DNA from: Acidaminococcales bacterium
GTDB lineage: Bacteria; Bacillota; Negativicutes; Acidaminococcales; JAISLQ01
Length of the DNA stretch: 64,000 nucleotides
Assembly: GCA_031551525.1 (NCBI GenBank)
Contig: JAVBNN010000009.1
Location: 67,835 to 131,834 of the forward strand
Direction: 5' to 3'
Position numbers and translations under genes: made by a program. Below the pieces are notes generated by a model. That model had not been told where the DNA came from. It searched no databases and saw only the letters and a list, made by a program, of their open reading frames with translations. The number at the start of each line of letters is the position of its first letter. Positions within the stretch are counted from its first letter, which is position 1. Positions 9,261 to 19,009 of the stretch are shown here, piece after piece.

Positions 9261-10343
9261 ATGGCGGCAAACAGGTTTGAGCATGGTGGTAATATTTACG
9301 GGGGTAACAAGGCTTGTGCCGGGTCGCTCATGGATTTTAGCGCCAATATAAACCCCTTTGGCTTGTCGGCTGTGGTTGAACAGGCGATAAAAGAAAACAT
9401 AAAATCGGTGCAGCACTATCCCGACCCGCAGGCTACAGAACTTCGACAGGAGATATGCCGGTTTTATCGCGTAGCGGACGAGCGTCTGGTCTTGGGGAAT
9501 GGCGCCGCAGAACTTTTTTATTTGCTTTGCCACGTATTGCGCCCCGCGACAGTACTTATCCCTGCGCCTTCCTTTAGCGAGTATGAAAGGGCGGCGTTGA
9601 GCTCTGGCGCAAAGATACAGTTTTTTCTTTTAGACCCGTATGACGGTTTTTCTCTTTCGTTTGCGAGGCTAGCCGAAACGTTGCAGGAAGACACACTTAT
9701 CTTTTTCGGCCACCCGAACAACCCGACCGGCAAATTGCTAGACGTAGAGGCTTTTGCAAACTTTGCCAGATTTGCCGCTGAGAAAAATTGTCGCATAATA
9801 GTAGATGAATCTTTTATCGATTTTCTGCCGGACGCGGATAATCACACCTGTCGCTGGCTGGCTGAAAAACAGGAAAACATTTGTATAATACATTCATTGA
9901 CTAAATTTTTTGCTATTCCAGGTTTACGGTTGGGTTTTGGCCTCTTTTCGCCGGAAATGGCCCGAAAAATGCGTGCCGCTGTTGACTGCTGGAATGTGAA
10001 CAGTCTGGCGCAAGTGGCCGGAGTAGCCGCTTTAAAAGATGAAAAACATATTACAAATACGAAAGATAATATTGGCAGGCTGCGCGATCAGCTTTATCAA
10101 GAGCTTTCCCTGTTGCCCGGTCTGAAAATATTTCCATCTGTGGCCAATTTCTTGTTATTGCATCTAAATGCTGAACTTTCATCTAGGCAAATTTGCAGCC
10201 GTATGGACGCAAAAGGAATTTTACTGCGTGACTGCGCCAATTATATAGGTCTTGATGACCGGTATATCCGCATTGCAGTGAGAAGTGAAGCAGAAAACAG
10301 GAAGTTTATCGATACTTTTATTAAGGAGATAAAAAATGGGTAA
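9261..10343 (+). CDS. cobD: L-threonine-O-3-phosphate decarboxylase (class I/II aminotransferase fold)
   Basis: HGGNIYG start, ANINP, GNGAAELF..., HSLTKFFAIPGLRLG (PLP lysine region). Cob operon context. Confidence 0.85.
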   Translation: MAANRFEHGGNIYGGNKACAGSLMDFSANINPFGLSAVVEQAIKENIKSVQHYPDPQATELRQEICRFYRVADERLVLGNGAAELFYLLCHVLRPATVLIPAPSFSEYERAALSSGAKIQFFLLDPYDGFSLSFARLAETLQEDTLIFFGHPNNPTGKLLDVEAFANFARFAAEKNCRIIVDESFIDFLPDADNHTCRWLAEKQENICIIHSLTKFFAIPGLRLGFGLFSPEMARKMRAAVDCWNVNSLAQVAGVAALKDEKHITNTKDNIGRLRDQLYQELSLLPGLKIFPSVANFLLLHLNAELSSRQICSRMDAKGILLRDCANYIGLDDRYIRIAVRSEAENRKFIDTFIKEIKNG

Positions 10344-10953
10344 AATTTTTCTGGTGCGTCATGGACAAACCCTCTGGAACCTGAATATGCGCTTTCAGGG
10401 TTCTTCCGATATAGAACTTTCAGAAGAAGGCGAAGCCCAGGCTGCATTTCTGGCAGAACGCTTGAAAACGGAGAAACTTGCTGCCGTTTATGCCAGTGAT
10501 TTGCGTCGGGCGGTGCATACGGCACAAATTGTGGCAAAGCCGCACGATCTGTCGGTGACGTCTTATGGCGAACTTAGAGAAATCAATTGCGGAGAGTGGG
10601 AAGGACTCAATAGAGTAGAAATAGAGGATAAATACCCCGGGCAACTGGAAAAGTTTTTTTCTGCACCGGCAAATTTTTCTCCGCCCGGTGGAGAAAGTTT
10701 TCACGCAGTAGGCGTACGTTCTTTATCGATTTTTGATACTATAGCGCAAAACCATAAAAATGAAAACATAGTTGTGGTAGCGCATGGCGGCGTTATCCGC
10801 GCCATACTCGGCGGTATCCTTATGATGGATCAGGACGCCTTGTGGCGCATACGTCAGGACAATACGGCATTAAACATAATAAGTATGTTCGAAAAATCGT
10901 ATATTGTAGAATTGATGAATGATATCAGCCATTTATTTATGAAAAATTGTTAA
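10336..10953 (+). CDS. cobC: alpha-ribazole phosphatase (histidine phosphatase family)
   Basis: RHGQTLWN catalytic motif and VVAHGGVIRA. Overlaps cobD by 8 nt. Last gene of the cob operon. Confidence 0.8.
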   Translation: MGKIFLVRHGQTLWNLNMRFQGSSDIELSEEGEAQAAFLAERLKTEKLAAVYASDLRRAVHTAQIVAKPHDLSVTSYGELREINCGEWEGLNRVEIEDKYPGQLEKFFSAPANFSPPGGESFHAVGVRSLSIFDTIAQNHKNENIVVVAHGGVIRAILGGILMMDQDALWRIRQDNTALNIISMFEKSYIVELMNDISHLFMKNC

Positions 10954-10971
10954 AAATTTACGTGTAATATA

Positions 10972-11000
10972 TTGACTTTGCATGGGAATGCCAATATAAT
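10972..11000 (+). promoter_or_regulatory. sigma-A type promoter
   Basis: TTGACT, a 17-nt spacer, then TATAAT. A ~140-nt leader follows before the zinc-ribbon gene. Confidence 0.6.
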
Positions 11001-11141
11001 TTAAACAGTCCTAATATCCATTGGAACTACAGGCTTGGTTTACTACCTTCTTACTCCGGTCCTAACGACTACGAGCAAGATTCTGGGAAGATACCGCTTG
11101 AGCCGTTTTGGGTATGGCAGATAAGAAGGAGTGTGTACTAG

Positions 11142-11432
11142 ATGAAAGAAGACAAAAAACTAGCGTGTCGCGACTGTGGAGCAGAATTCGTATTTTCGGG
11201 TTCGGAACAAGAATTTTATGAAGCAAAAGGGTTTGCTAACGAACCTGGTCGTTGCCCTGAGTGCCGCGCAGCTCGCAAGCAGCGCACAGGAAACGGTGGC
11301 GAACGCGCCCCCAGGCAAATGTATCCGGCCGTTTGTGCAGAATGCGGAGTGGAAACTGAAGTTCCTTTCCGTCCGTCGATGGATCGCCCGGTATATTGCC
11401 GCGCTTGCTTTGCTAATAATAGCGGCCGTTAA
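11142..11432 (+). CDS. double zinc-ribbon protein (zf-trcl-like plus CxxC-x17-CxxC domain)
   Basis: CRDCG...EQEFYEAKGF.N.P.RCPECR followed by CAEC-x17-CRAC. AAGGAG RBS. Confidence 0.8.
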   Translation: MKEDKKLACRDCGAEFVFSGSEQEFYEAKGFANEPGRCPECRAARKQRTGNGGERAPRQMYPAVCAECGVETEVPFRPSMDRPVYCRACFANNSGR

Positions 11433-11444
11433 TTTTGCCATAAA

Positions 11445-11481
11445 TACCGTTTGCGTAAGCAAACGGTATTTTTATTTTTTA
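11445..11481 (+). terminator. intrinsic terminator
   Basis: 11-bp stem ATACCGTTTGC/GCAAACGGTAT, GTAA loop, T-rich tail. Confidence 0.8.
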
Positions 11482-11509
11482 AAAGTAAAGTTGCGAATAG
11501 GCCGCAACA

Positions 11510-11538
11510 TTGACATTTTTATGTGTTTTTGCTAAAAT
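11510..11538 (+). promoter_or_regulatory. sigma-A type promoter with extended -10
   Basis: TTGACA, a 17-nt spacer ending in TGC, then TAAAAT. Upstream of the DUF2156 gene. Confidence 0.55.
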
Positions 11539-11607
11539 TTTTACATAAGTTCAATATTATCGGCAAATATTACCCAAGCCGTAGGATGACCTGCGGCTTG
11601 GCTATAT

Positions 11608-12540
11608 TTGCAATTATATTGGATAAACCTCAAAGGAGTGAGTGTAATAAAATTTTGCGACATCACATTAAATGACAAACCTGTATTTGATAATTTTTTT
11701 GAAAAAGCGCAATATGCAGGTTCTGAGTGTACTTTTACCAACCTGTTTATCTGGCGTCGCTGCTACAATATACACTGGACGCAGGAAGACGGTTTTTTGT
11801 TGATAGAAGTTTTGCGGGACAATGAATGGTTTATCCTGCCTCCTTTTGGCGGGAAAGATGAAAATTTGCCGGGTATATTGGCAAAAATATATAAACAGTT
11901 CGGTACTTTTGAAATGCGCGGCATATATAAAGAAAGCATGGAACGGTTGGAGAGGGTACTCCCGCAGCGTTTTCAGTTTATTCCTGATCGTGATAATTCC
12001 GACTATATATATGCCAGCGATGATTTGGCAAATTTGTCTGGACGCAAATACCACCAGAAGAAGAATCACGCCAATTCTTTCCGCAAGGCTTATCCAGATT
12101 ACCAGTATGTGAGCATGACCGGCGCAATGGCCAAAGACTGTATCGACTTTGCCAGAAACTGGAAAGAGTCACGGGTGAATGAAGAAGACCCCGAATCCCT
12201 CGAGTGTGAGATGTTTGCCATCGAAGAAGCGCTCAATAATTTTGATTTTTTGGGAATAAAGGGCGGAGTGATACTGATTAATGGCAAGATAGAGGCAATT
12301 ACTTTTGGCGAAATTATAAACAAGGAAACAGCTATTATACATGTAGAAAAGGCGAATCCTGAGATACGCGGCCTGTACGCAGTGATAAACCAGGAGTTTT
12401 GCCGCCACGAATGGTCTGGCCTAAAATACATAAACCGGGAAGAAGATATGGGTCTGGAGGGCCTGAGAAAGGCAAAAGAGTCATATCATCCTGCTTTTAT
12501 GCTTGACAAATATACGGCCTGTGTGGATATGGGGGAGTAA
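11608..12540 (+). CDS. DUF2156 / MprF C-terminal-like (aminoacyl-PG synthase-like) domain protein
   Basis: ITLNDKPVFDNFF...SECTFTNLFIWR and RKYHQKKNHANSF resemble free-standing LPG_synthase_C proteins. The start is uncertain: TTG 11608 has no RBS, and AAAGGAG at 11632-11638 suggests a start near 11638-11647. Confidence 0.65.
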   Translation: MQLYWINLKGVSVIKFCDITLNDKPVFDNFFEKAQYAGSECTFTNLFIWRRCYNIHWTQEDGFLLIEVLRDNEWFILPPFGGKDENLPGILAKIYKQFGTFEMRGIYKESMERLERVLPQRFQFIPDRDNSDYIYASDDLANLSGRKYHQKKNHANSFRKAYPDYQYVSMTGAMAKDCIDFARNWKESRVNEEDPESLECEMFAIEEALNNFDFLGIKGGVILINGKIEAITFGEIINKETAIIHVEKANPEIRGLYAVINQEFCRHEWSGLKYINREEDMGLEGLRKAKESYHPAFMLDKYTACVDMGE

Positions 12541-12542
12541 AA

Positions 12543-13712
12543 ATGCAAGCCAGGATTTTATGGGCGGAGGAATTTGAACAGGCAAAAGATCTGTGGGACT
12601 ACTGCTTTGAAAAACGCACAGATCCTTTTTTTGCCTGGTATTTTGATGATTACTGCCGTCCGGATAATCTTTTGGGTGTTTTTTCCGGCAGTCAGTTTGC
12701 CGGAATGTTGCATTTGAATCCATATACTATCAATTTAAACAACCGTGCCATAGATACATCATATATCGTAGGTGTAGCCACTGCACCACAGTTTCGTAGG
12801 CAGGGAGTATTGCGCGTTGCTCTGTCCGCCGGTTTTGCGGAAATGGAAAAGCGTGGTCAGGCGATAGCTGTTTTGATGCCGGCTGCGGCAGGCCTATATA
12901 TGCCGTACGGTTTTGCTTTTTGCTATAACCAGTTGCGTTATGATATACCGCTCGACAAACTGTCCGGTTTATTTAAGAAAACCGAGTTCACCTGTAATTT
13001 TTTAAAAGAAGGCGATATTGCGCCATTGTCCCAAGTATATGACGCCTGCATGAGTGATATGAACGGTTTCGTTCGCCGTGGCAAAAAAGAGTGGCAGAAC
13101 ATACTGGCCGAACATAAAACAGAAGGCGGGTATGCCGTATATATTGGCAGTTCCACCAAGTATTTCGGTTATATGCTTTATCTGACCGGCGGCGGTATTT
13201 TTCGCATAGTGGAACTGATGGCGGCCGACGATAGCGCCAGAGAAACTATGCTGGCTTATGCAGCCCAACACCTTTCCCAATGTTCAAAATTTTTATGGCA
13301 GTCGCCAATAAACGATCTCACTTATTTGAAATTCCCTACTTCTGAATATTATCCAGCCATAAAGCCTTTTATGATGGGCCGGATAATTGATGCAGCAAAA
13401 GCCCTGGGACAGTTGAAGCTAAGTTTTGAAGAAAAAAAACCAGTGATTATCCGTTTGATAGATACATTTATTGAAAACAACAATAGCGTATTTTGTCTGA
13501 CCGCGCAAAACGGACAGGCCATACTGGAAAAGACAGACCAGGCGCCTCAGGTTGTTATGGATATAGGAACTTTTGCCCAGCTGTGTTTTTCTGCATACAC
13601 AGTGAAAGAACTGGTGGGAGCTGGCCGCATCGTAATAAATGACCTGGCGGCGTTGCCTGTTTTAGAAAGAGCGTTCCCCCATAAAATAAATTATATAAAT
13701 GAGTATTTTTAG
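12543..13712 (+). CDS. Eis-like GNAT N-acetyltransferase with C-terminal SCP2-like domain
   Basis: 389 aa. Acetyl-CoA motif VATAPQFRRQGV and Eis-type three-domain length. GGGGGAG RBS, 2 nt after the previous stop. Confidence 0.7.
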   Translation: MQARILWAEEFEQAKDLWDYCFEKRTDPFFAWYFDDYCRPDNLLGVFSGSQFAGMLHLNPYTINLNNRAIDTSYIVGVATAPQFRRQGVLRVALSAGFAEMEKRGQAIAVLMPAAAGLYMPYGFAFCYNQLRYDIPLDKLSGLFKKTEFTCNFLKEGDIAPLSQVYDACMSDMNGFVRRGKKEWQNILAEHKTEGGYAVYIGSSTKYFGYMLYLTGGGIFRIVELMAADDSARETMLAYAAQHLSQCSKFLWQSPINDLTYLKFPTSEYYPAIKPFMMGRIIDAAKALGQLKLSFEEKKPVIIRLIDTFIENNNSVFCLTAQNGQAILEKTDQAPQVVMDIGTFAQLCFSAYTVKELVGAGRIVINDLAALPVLERAFPHKINYINEYF

Positions 13713-13724
13713 ACAAGGGAAAGG

Positions 13725-16700
13725 ATGCCGTGGTTTATTATGAAACAAGAAGTAAAAAGGGTGTTGGTTGAAAAAAAAGCCGGTTTTGCTATTGAGGCAA
13801 AGGCGCTTTTAGCCGATCTTAAAACAAACCTGGCCATACATAAACTAAAAGACGTCCGGGTGTTAAACCGTTACGATGTTTCCGGCATTACTGAAGAAGA
13901 ATTTTTATTGGCCTGTACGCTTATCATGTCTGAACCACCGGTGGACACCGTGTACAAGAACCAACTGCCAGAGGAGAAAGACAGCCACATATTTGCTGTA
14001 GAATACCTTCCCGGACAGTATGACCAACGGGCCGACTCCACTGCCCAGTGCATACAACTGATAGCCGAAAAAGAAAACATTCTGGTGCAAACTGCCAAAG
14101 TATATATTCTATATGGTGACATCGGGCTGGAAGATATAGAAAAAATAAAACAATATCTCATCAATCCTATCGAAAGTCGCGAAACCGGCTTAGCAATACC
14201 AGCCAGTCTTGTCATGCAAACCAGCGAGCCGGAAGCGGTAAAACGTCTGTCCGGGTTTATTACTATGAACAAAACGCAATTAACCGCTTTGGTCGCTGAC
14301 ATGGGCCTGGCTATGAAACATGAGGACGTAAAGTTTTGCCAGGAGTATTTTATTAAAGAACGGCGCGATCCCAGCATAACAGAACTAAAGATGCTTGATA
14401 CCTATTGGTCCGATCATTGCCGCCATACAACTTTCAACACGATCATTGACGATATAGAAATAGTCCCACACCGGTTTACCCAACCGATGCAGGTCGCCTG
14501 GGAACTTTACCAGCAGGACAGACAAACCATATACGGCGGGCGTGACGACAAGCCGGTTACTTTGATGGATATAGCTGTTATGGGCATGAAAAAACTCAAG
14601 GCGGAAGGCAAGCTGGATGACCTCGATGAATCAGAGGAAGTAAACGCCTGTAGCATAGCAGTGCCGGTAAAAATCGGTGATACAGTTGAAGAATGGCTGG
14701 TAATGTTTAAAAATGAAACACATAACCATCCTACCGAAATAGAGCCTTTTGGCGGGGCGGCGACCTGTCTGGGCGGCGCCATACGCGATCCCTTGTCAGG
14801 ACGCGCCTATGTCTATCAGGCCATGCGCGTGACAGGAGGAGCAGATCCGCGAGCAGCCATTGAGGAAACCATGGAAGGCAAACTACCGCAAAGAAAGATT
14901 GCTCTTGGCGCAGCCGCCGGCTATAGTTCCTACGGCAACCAGATCGGTCTTTCTACCGGTCGTGTACAGGAATTTTATCATGAACGCTTTTTGGCTAAAC
15001 GCATGGAACTCGGAGCGCTTATCGGCGCAGTGCCAAGCGCCCATGTAGTGCGCGCGATACCGGAACCGGGCGACCATGTTATACTTCTGGGCGGGCGGAC
15101 CGGGCGTGACGGTTGTGGCGGCGCCACCGGATCATCCAAAGAGCACACTGTAGACTCCTTGCAAAATTGCGGAGCGGAAGTTCAGAAAGGCAATCCGCCG
15201 ACTGAACGGAAAATACTCCGTCTGTTCCGTGATCCGGTTGTTACAAAAATGATAAAACGTTGCAATGATTTTGGTGCCGGTGGTGTTTCTGTCGCTATCG
15301 GTGAACTGGCTGACGGAGTGAAAATAAACCTCGATAATGTACCTAAAAAATATGACGGTCTTGACGGTACTGAGTTGGCTATTTCCGAATCCCAGGAACG
15401 TATGGCTGTGGTGGTGGCGGAAAAAGACAGCGCGGAATTCATCAACATGGCTATTCGCGAAAACCTTGAAGCAACAGTAGTCGCCGAAGTAACTGCAGAA
15501 AAAAGAGTAGTGATGCAGTGGCGCGGAGACACTATTGTGAATATAGCGCGTGATTTTCTTAATACCGGCGGGGTAAGACAGCACGCCAATGTAACCGTAA
15601 AACCACCGGCCAACAAATCTTATTTTGAAAGTTTGCCGTATGAACTTTCGGGTAGTATGGAGGACCTAAAAGAGTGTTGGCTGAACAACCTTAAAAGGCT
15701 GGAAGTTTGCAGTCAAAAAGGTGTGGCGGAGCGTTTTGACAGTACTATAGGTCGTGGCACGGTGGTCATGCCACTTGGCGGCAGCAGCCAATTAACACCA
15801 TCCGAGGGCATGGCGGCCAATATTCCGTCCCAGTCGGACGATGTGAAAACCGCTACCGTGATGACCTATGGCTACAACCCGGAACTGGCTTGCTGGAGCC
15901 CTTTCCACGGCGCTCTATACGCCGTGCTGGAATCTGTTTGCCGGGCTACCGCCCTGGGGGCTGATCCTGAAAAAGTAAGGCTTTCTTTACAGGAATACTT
16001 TGAAAAAATGATAAACAGCGATAGTTGGGGCAAGCCTTTCGCGGCGCTTATGGGCGCCTATCTGGCGCAGGTGGGGCTCGATATTCCGGCTATAGGCGGC
16101 AAGGACAGCATGTCGGGTACTTTTATGAATATAAATGTGCCGCCGACCCTGGTTTCTTTTGCCGTGGGCATCGCCGATACCGCCGACATCGTATCTAATG
16201 AATTTAAAAAATCAGGCAGCCGGGTACTGTTTATTACCGCCGAACGCGATGAAACGGAACTACCTGATTTTGCCGCCCTGAAACTGCAACTTCAGGCAAT
16301 ACATGCCGCAATAAAAGGGAAAAATATACTTTCCGCCGCCACCATAAAAGAAGGCGGCATAGCGTCCTGCATTTCGACTATGTGTCTGGGCAATGGCCTA
16401 GGCTTTGAGTTTACAAATTATATTAACGATATGGCCGACCTGTTTATTCCACAACCGGCAGGCTTTATTTTGGAACTTGCCGAAACAGCCGTAGCAGACG
16501 AACTTTTTCCTGACATGGAATGGGTGATTCTAGGTGCAACCACTCAAAAACCGGCTATACTTCTTAACGACGTAAATATACCCCTGCAAAAAGTGCGGGA
16601 AGTTTGGGAACAACCCCTGAGTAATATTTACCCGGTCTGCCAGCAGCCTGGCGGTGGAAAACTTGCCGAGAACCTTTATACAAAAGGAAAACCCGGCAAA

Positions 16701-17519
16701 TATACAGTAAAGATAGTCAAACCGCGTGTTTTTATACCGGTTTTCCCCGGTACAAACTGCGAATACGACGTACAAAGAGCATTCGCTTCTGCCGGCGCTG
16801 ATACCGACCTTTTGGTGGTAAGAAATCTTGATAGTAAGGCTATAAAAGAATCAGTGGAAGAAATGGCTAAACGGATAGGGACGGCAGAGATAGTAGCCCT
16901 GGCCGGTGGATTTAGCGCCGGTGACGAACCTGACGGTTCTGGCAAATTTATCGCTACCATGTTTCGCAATGCACACCTTAAAGAGGCTATCACCAAACTG
17001 CTGGAAGAACGCGGCGGTTTGATGCTCGGCATATGTAACGGTTTTCAGGCTTTGATAAAACTCGGCCTCTTGCCGTACGGCAGGATAACCGATATGACAG
17101 AAAAGTCTCCGACACTATCTTTCAACTATATTGGTCGGCATGTTTCCACTATGTGTCGCACCAAGGTGGTCTCAAACCTGTCGCCGTGGCTATCTCTTTC
17201 TAAAACGGGCGACCTCCACACGGTGGCGGTATCGAGCGGCGAAGGGCGGTTCTATGCCGAACAGGCGGATATGGAAAAACTTTTCGCCGCCGGGCAAGTA
17301 ATGACCCAGTATGTAGATGCTGATGATGACGCTACCATGGAAGCGCCCTATAACCCCAACGGGTCGCTGATGGCGGTAGAAAGCCTGTGCAGCCCGGATG
17401 GGCGTATCTTCGGCAAAATGTGCCATAGTGAGCGCTATACAGACGGACTATTTATAAATATACCTGGCAACAAAGACCAAAATATATTTAAAGCCGGTGT
17501 TGATTATTTCAACTGGTGA
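13725..17519 (+). CDS. purL: phosphoribosylformylglycinamidine synthase, single-chain form
   Basis: 1264 aa with the NETHNHPTEIEPFGGAATCLGG motif, AIR-synthase-like repeats and a C-terminal GATase (GICNGFQAL). The start could alternatively be the ATG at 13741. Confidence 0.95.
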   Translation: MPWFIMKQEVKRVLVEKKAGFAIEAKALLADLKTNLAIHKLKDVRVLNRYDVSGITEEEFLLACTLIMSEPPVDTVYKNQLPEEKDSHIFAVEYLPGQYDQRADSTAQCIQLIAEKENILVQTAKVYILYGDIGLEDIEKIKQYLINPIESRETGLAIPASLVMQTSEPEAVKRLSGFITMNKTQLTALVADMGLAMKHEDVKFCQEYFIKERRDPSITELKMLDTYWSDHCRHTTFNTIIDDIEIVPHRFTQPMQVAWELYQQDRQTIYGGRDDKPVTLMDIAVMGMKKLKAEGKLDDLDESEEVNACSIAVPVKIGDTVEEWLVMFKNETHNHPTEIEPFGGAATCLGGAIRDPLSGRAYVYQAMRVTGGADPRAAIEETMEGKLPQRKIALGAAAGYSSYGNQIGLSTGRVQEFYHERFLAKRMELGALIGAVPSAHVVRAIPEPGDHVILLGGRTGRDGCGGATGSSKEHTVDSLQNCGAEVQKGNPPTERKILRLFRDPVVTKMIKRCNDFGAGGVSVAIGELADGVKINLDNVPKKYDGLDGTELAISESQERMAVVVAEKDSAEFINMAIRENLEATVVAEVTAEKRVVMQWRGDTIVNIARDFLNTGGVRQHANVTVKPPANKSYFESLPYELSGSMEDLKECWLNNLKRLEVCSQKGVAERFDSTIGRGTVVMPLGGSSQLTPSEGMAANIPSQSDDVKTATVMTYGYNPELACWSPFHGALYAVLESVCRATALGADPEKVRLSLQEYFEKMINSDSWGKPFAALMGAYLAQVGLDIPAIGGKDSMSGTFMNINVPPTLVSFAVGIADTADIVSNEFKKSGSRVLFITAERDETELPDFAALKLQLQAIHAAIKGKNILSAATIKEGGIASCISTMCLGNGLGFEFTNYINDMADLFIPQPAGFILELAETAVADELFPDMEWVILGATTQKPAILLNDVNIPLQKVREVWEQPLSNIYPVCQQPGGGKLAENLYTKGKPGKYTVKIVKPRVFIPVFPGTNCEYDVQRAFASAGADTDLLVVRNLDSKAIKESVEEMAKRIGTAEIVALAGGFSAGDEPDGSGKFIATMFRNAHLKEAITKLLEERGGLMLGICNGFQALIKLGLLPYGRITDMTEKSPTLSFNYIGRHVSTMCRTKVVSNLSPWLSLSKTGDLHTVAVSSGEGRFYAEQADMEKLFAAGQVMTQYVDADDDATMEAPYNPNGSLMAVESLCSPDGRIFGKMCHSERYTDGLFINIPGNKDQNIFKAGVDYFNW

Positions 17520-17539
17520 CTTTTATGGAGGTAATCCTA

Positions 17540-18943
17540 ATGCCTAAATATAAAATGGTAGACAGTACCGTTTTGGCAGAACTTATAAAAATCGTCGGTG
17601 AGGCCAACGTAACTACCGACCCGGAAAAACTGGAAAACTATAAGACTGACGAAGAAACAAATCCCAAATACCACCATCTTCCGGAAGCAGTCATTTTTCC
17701 CAGCAGTACAGAAGAGGTTGCGGCTATCGTCAAACTGGCCAATAAATATCTTTTCCCGGTAACTCCGCGCTGTGGCGGAACCAGCCTGTGCGGCGGAACC
17801 ATTCCTTCACACGGTGGGGTAGTCATAGTGCTGGAGAGGATGGACAAGATAAAAGAGGTGGACGCCGAAGCTCTTTACATGGTAGTGGAGTGCGGTGCGC
17901 GTACAGAAGACGTACAAAAAGCAGCAAACGCCAAGGGGCTTTTATATGCCGGTGATCCCTGCAGCGCCGACAGTTGCCTTATTGGCGGAAATCTGGCCAC
18001 TAACGCTGGCGGCAACAAGGCAGTGCGCTATGGCACGACCCGTCACCAGGTATATTCTATTGAAGTGGTGACGCCGAAAGGGGAGATCGTTACCCTGGGC
18101 GCCCGGCTGAATAAAATGACTACCGGCTATTGCCTGGAACAGCTTATCATGGGCGCGGAAGGAACTTTGGGCATTATCACCGGCGGTGTATTGAAACTGG
18201 TGCCGTTGCCACCTTACCGCATGGATTTATTGGCAGTATTTACCGATATTGACAAAGCTATCGACCTGGTGCCCCAAATAATTAAAGCAGGCATAAATCC
18301 GACCAGTATAGAATTCATGGCCAATAACGCAGTCCGCTCAGCCAGCAATTATTGCGACCTGCGTCTGGCACATTATGAAGACGGCAGCTACGTAATAATA
18401 ACTGTAGAAACATTCACTGAAGACGAACTGGAAAACAAAATGACCATCCTTGACGACCTATGCACGCAAAACGGTGCAGTCGCAGTATTGGAGGCTGACG
18501 ACCGGGTCTGGCGCATAAGAAAGGCGTATAGCGAGGCGGCACGTTCGGAAAGCCAAGTAAATTCCCACGAGGATATAGTCGTCCCAGTGAACGCTATAGC
18601 CACTATGCTGAAAAAAATGAATGAAATAGAAAAAAAATACAACCTAGAGGTTCGTACCGTGGCTCACGCCGGAGACGGGAATATACACTTCATACCCCTT
18701 AAACTCGATATGTCGGATGAAGAGTGGGAAAGCACTATGGATAAATTCCACGAAGAAGTTTATACATTTGTTTATAGTCTGGGTGGGCGCTTGTCTGGTG
18801 AACATGGTATTGGCTGTAAAAAAATAGATACTATGGAAAAATTTACCTCATCAGTGGAAATGCAGATGATGAAAGACATCAAAAAAGCTCTTGATCCTAA
18901 TGGAATACTTAACCCGGGCAAAATATTTGAACTAGACTATTGA
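17540..18943 (+). CDS. FAD-binding oxidoreductase (GlcD / D-lactate dehydrogenase family)
   Basis: FAD_binding_4-type N-terminus (PRCGGTSLCGG) and C-terminal GEHGIG...LDPNGILNPGK. Start placed at the ATG 8 nt after GGAGG. Confidence 0.85.
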   Translation: MPKYKMVDSTVLAELIKIVGEANVTTDPEKLENYKTDEETNPKYHHLPEAVIFPSSTEEVAAIVKLANKYLFPVTPRCGGTSLCGGTIPSHGGVVIVLERMDKIKEVDAEALYMVVECGARTEDVQKAANAKGLLYAGDPCSADSCLIGGNLATNAGGNKAVRYGTTRHQVYSIEVVTPKGEIVTLGARLNKMTTGYCLEQLIMGAEGTLGIITGGVLKLVPLPPYRMDLLAVFTDIDKAIDLVPQIIKAGINPTSIEFMANNAVRSASNYCDLRLAHYEDGSYVIITVETFTEDELENKMTILDDLCTQNGAVAVLEADDRVWRIRKAYSEAARSESQVNSHEDIVVPVNAIATMLKKMNEIEKKYNLEVRTVAHAGDGNIHFIPLKLDMSDEEWESTMDKFHEEVYTFVYSLGGRLSGEHGIGCKKIDTMEKFTSSVEMQMMKDIKKALDPNGILNPGKIFELDY

Positions 18944-18956
18944 TTTATTAGTGACA

Positions 18957-18985
18957 AAAGGGCGAAAAACGCCCTTTGTTATTTT
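18957..18985 (+). terminator. intrinsic terminator
   Basis: AAAGGGCG-aaaaa-CGCCCTTT followed by GTTATTTT. Confidence 0.7.
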
Positions 18986-19009
18986 CATGGCATAAGGGGG
19001 GAAGGGTGC

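Noticed and set aside
11160-11535. ORFs of 100 aa (minus strand) and 119 aa (plus strand) overlapping the zinc-ribbon gene and its terminator
   Set aside because: They overlap a motif-rich CDS with a good RBS and run through the terminator hairpin. Their composition is not protein-like.
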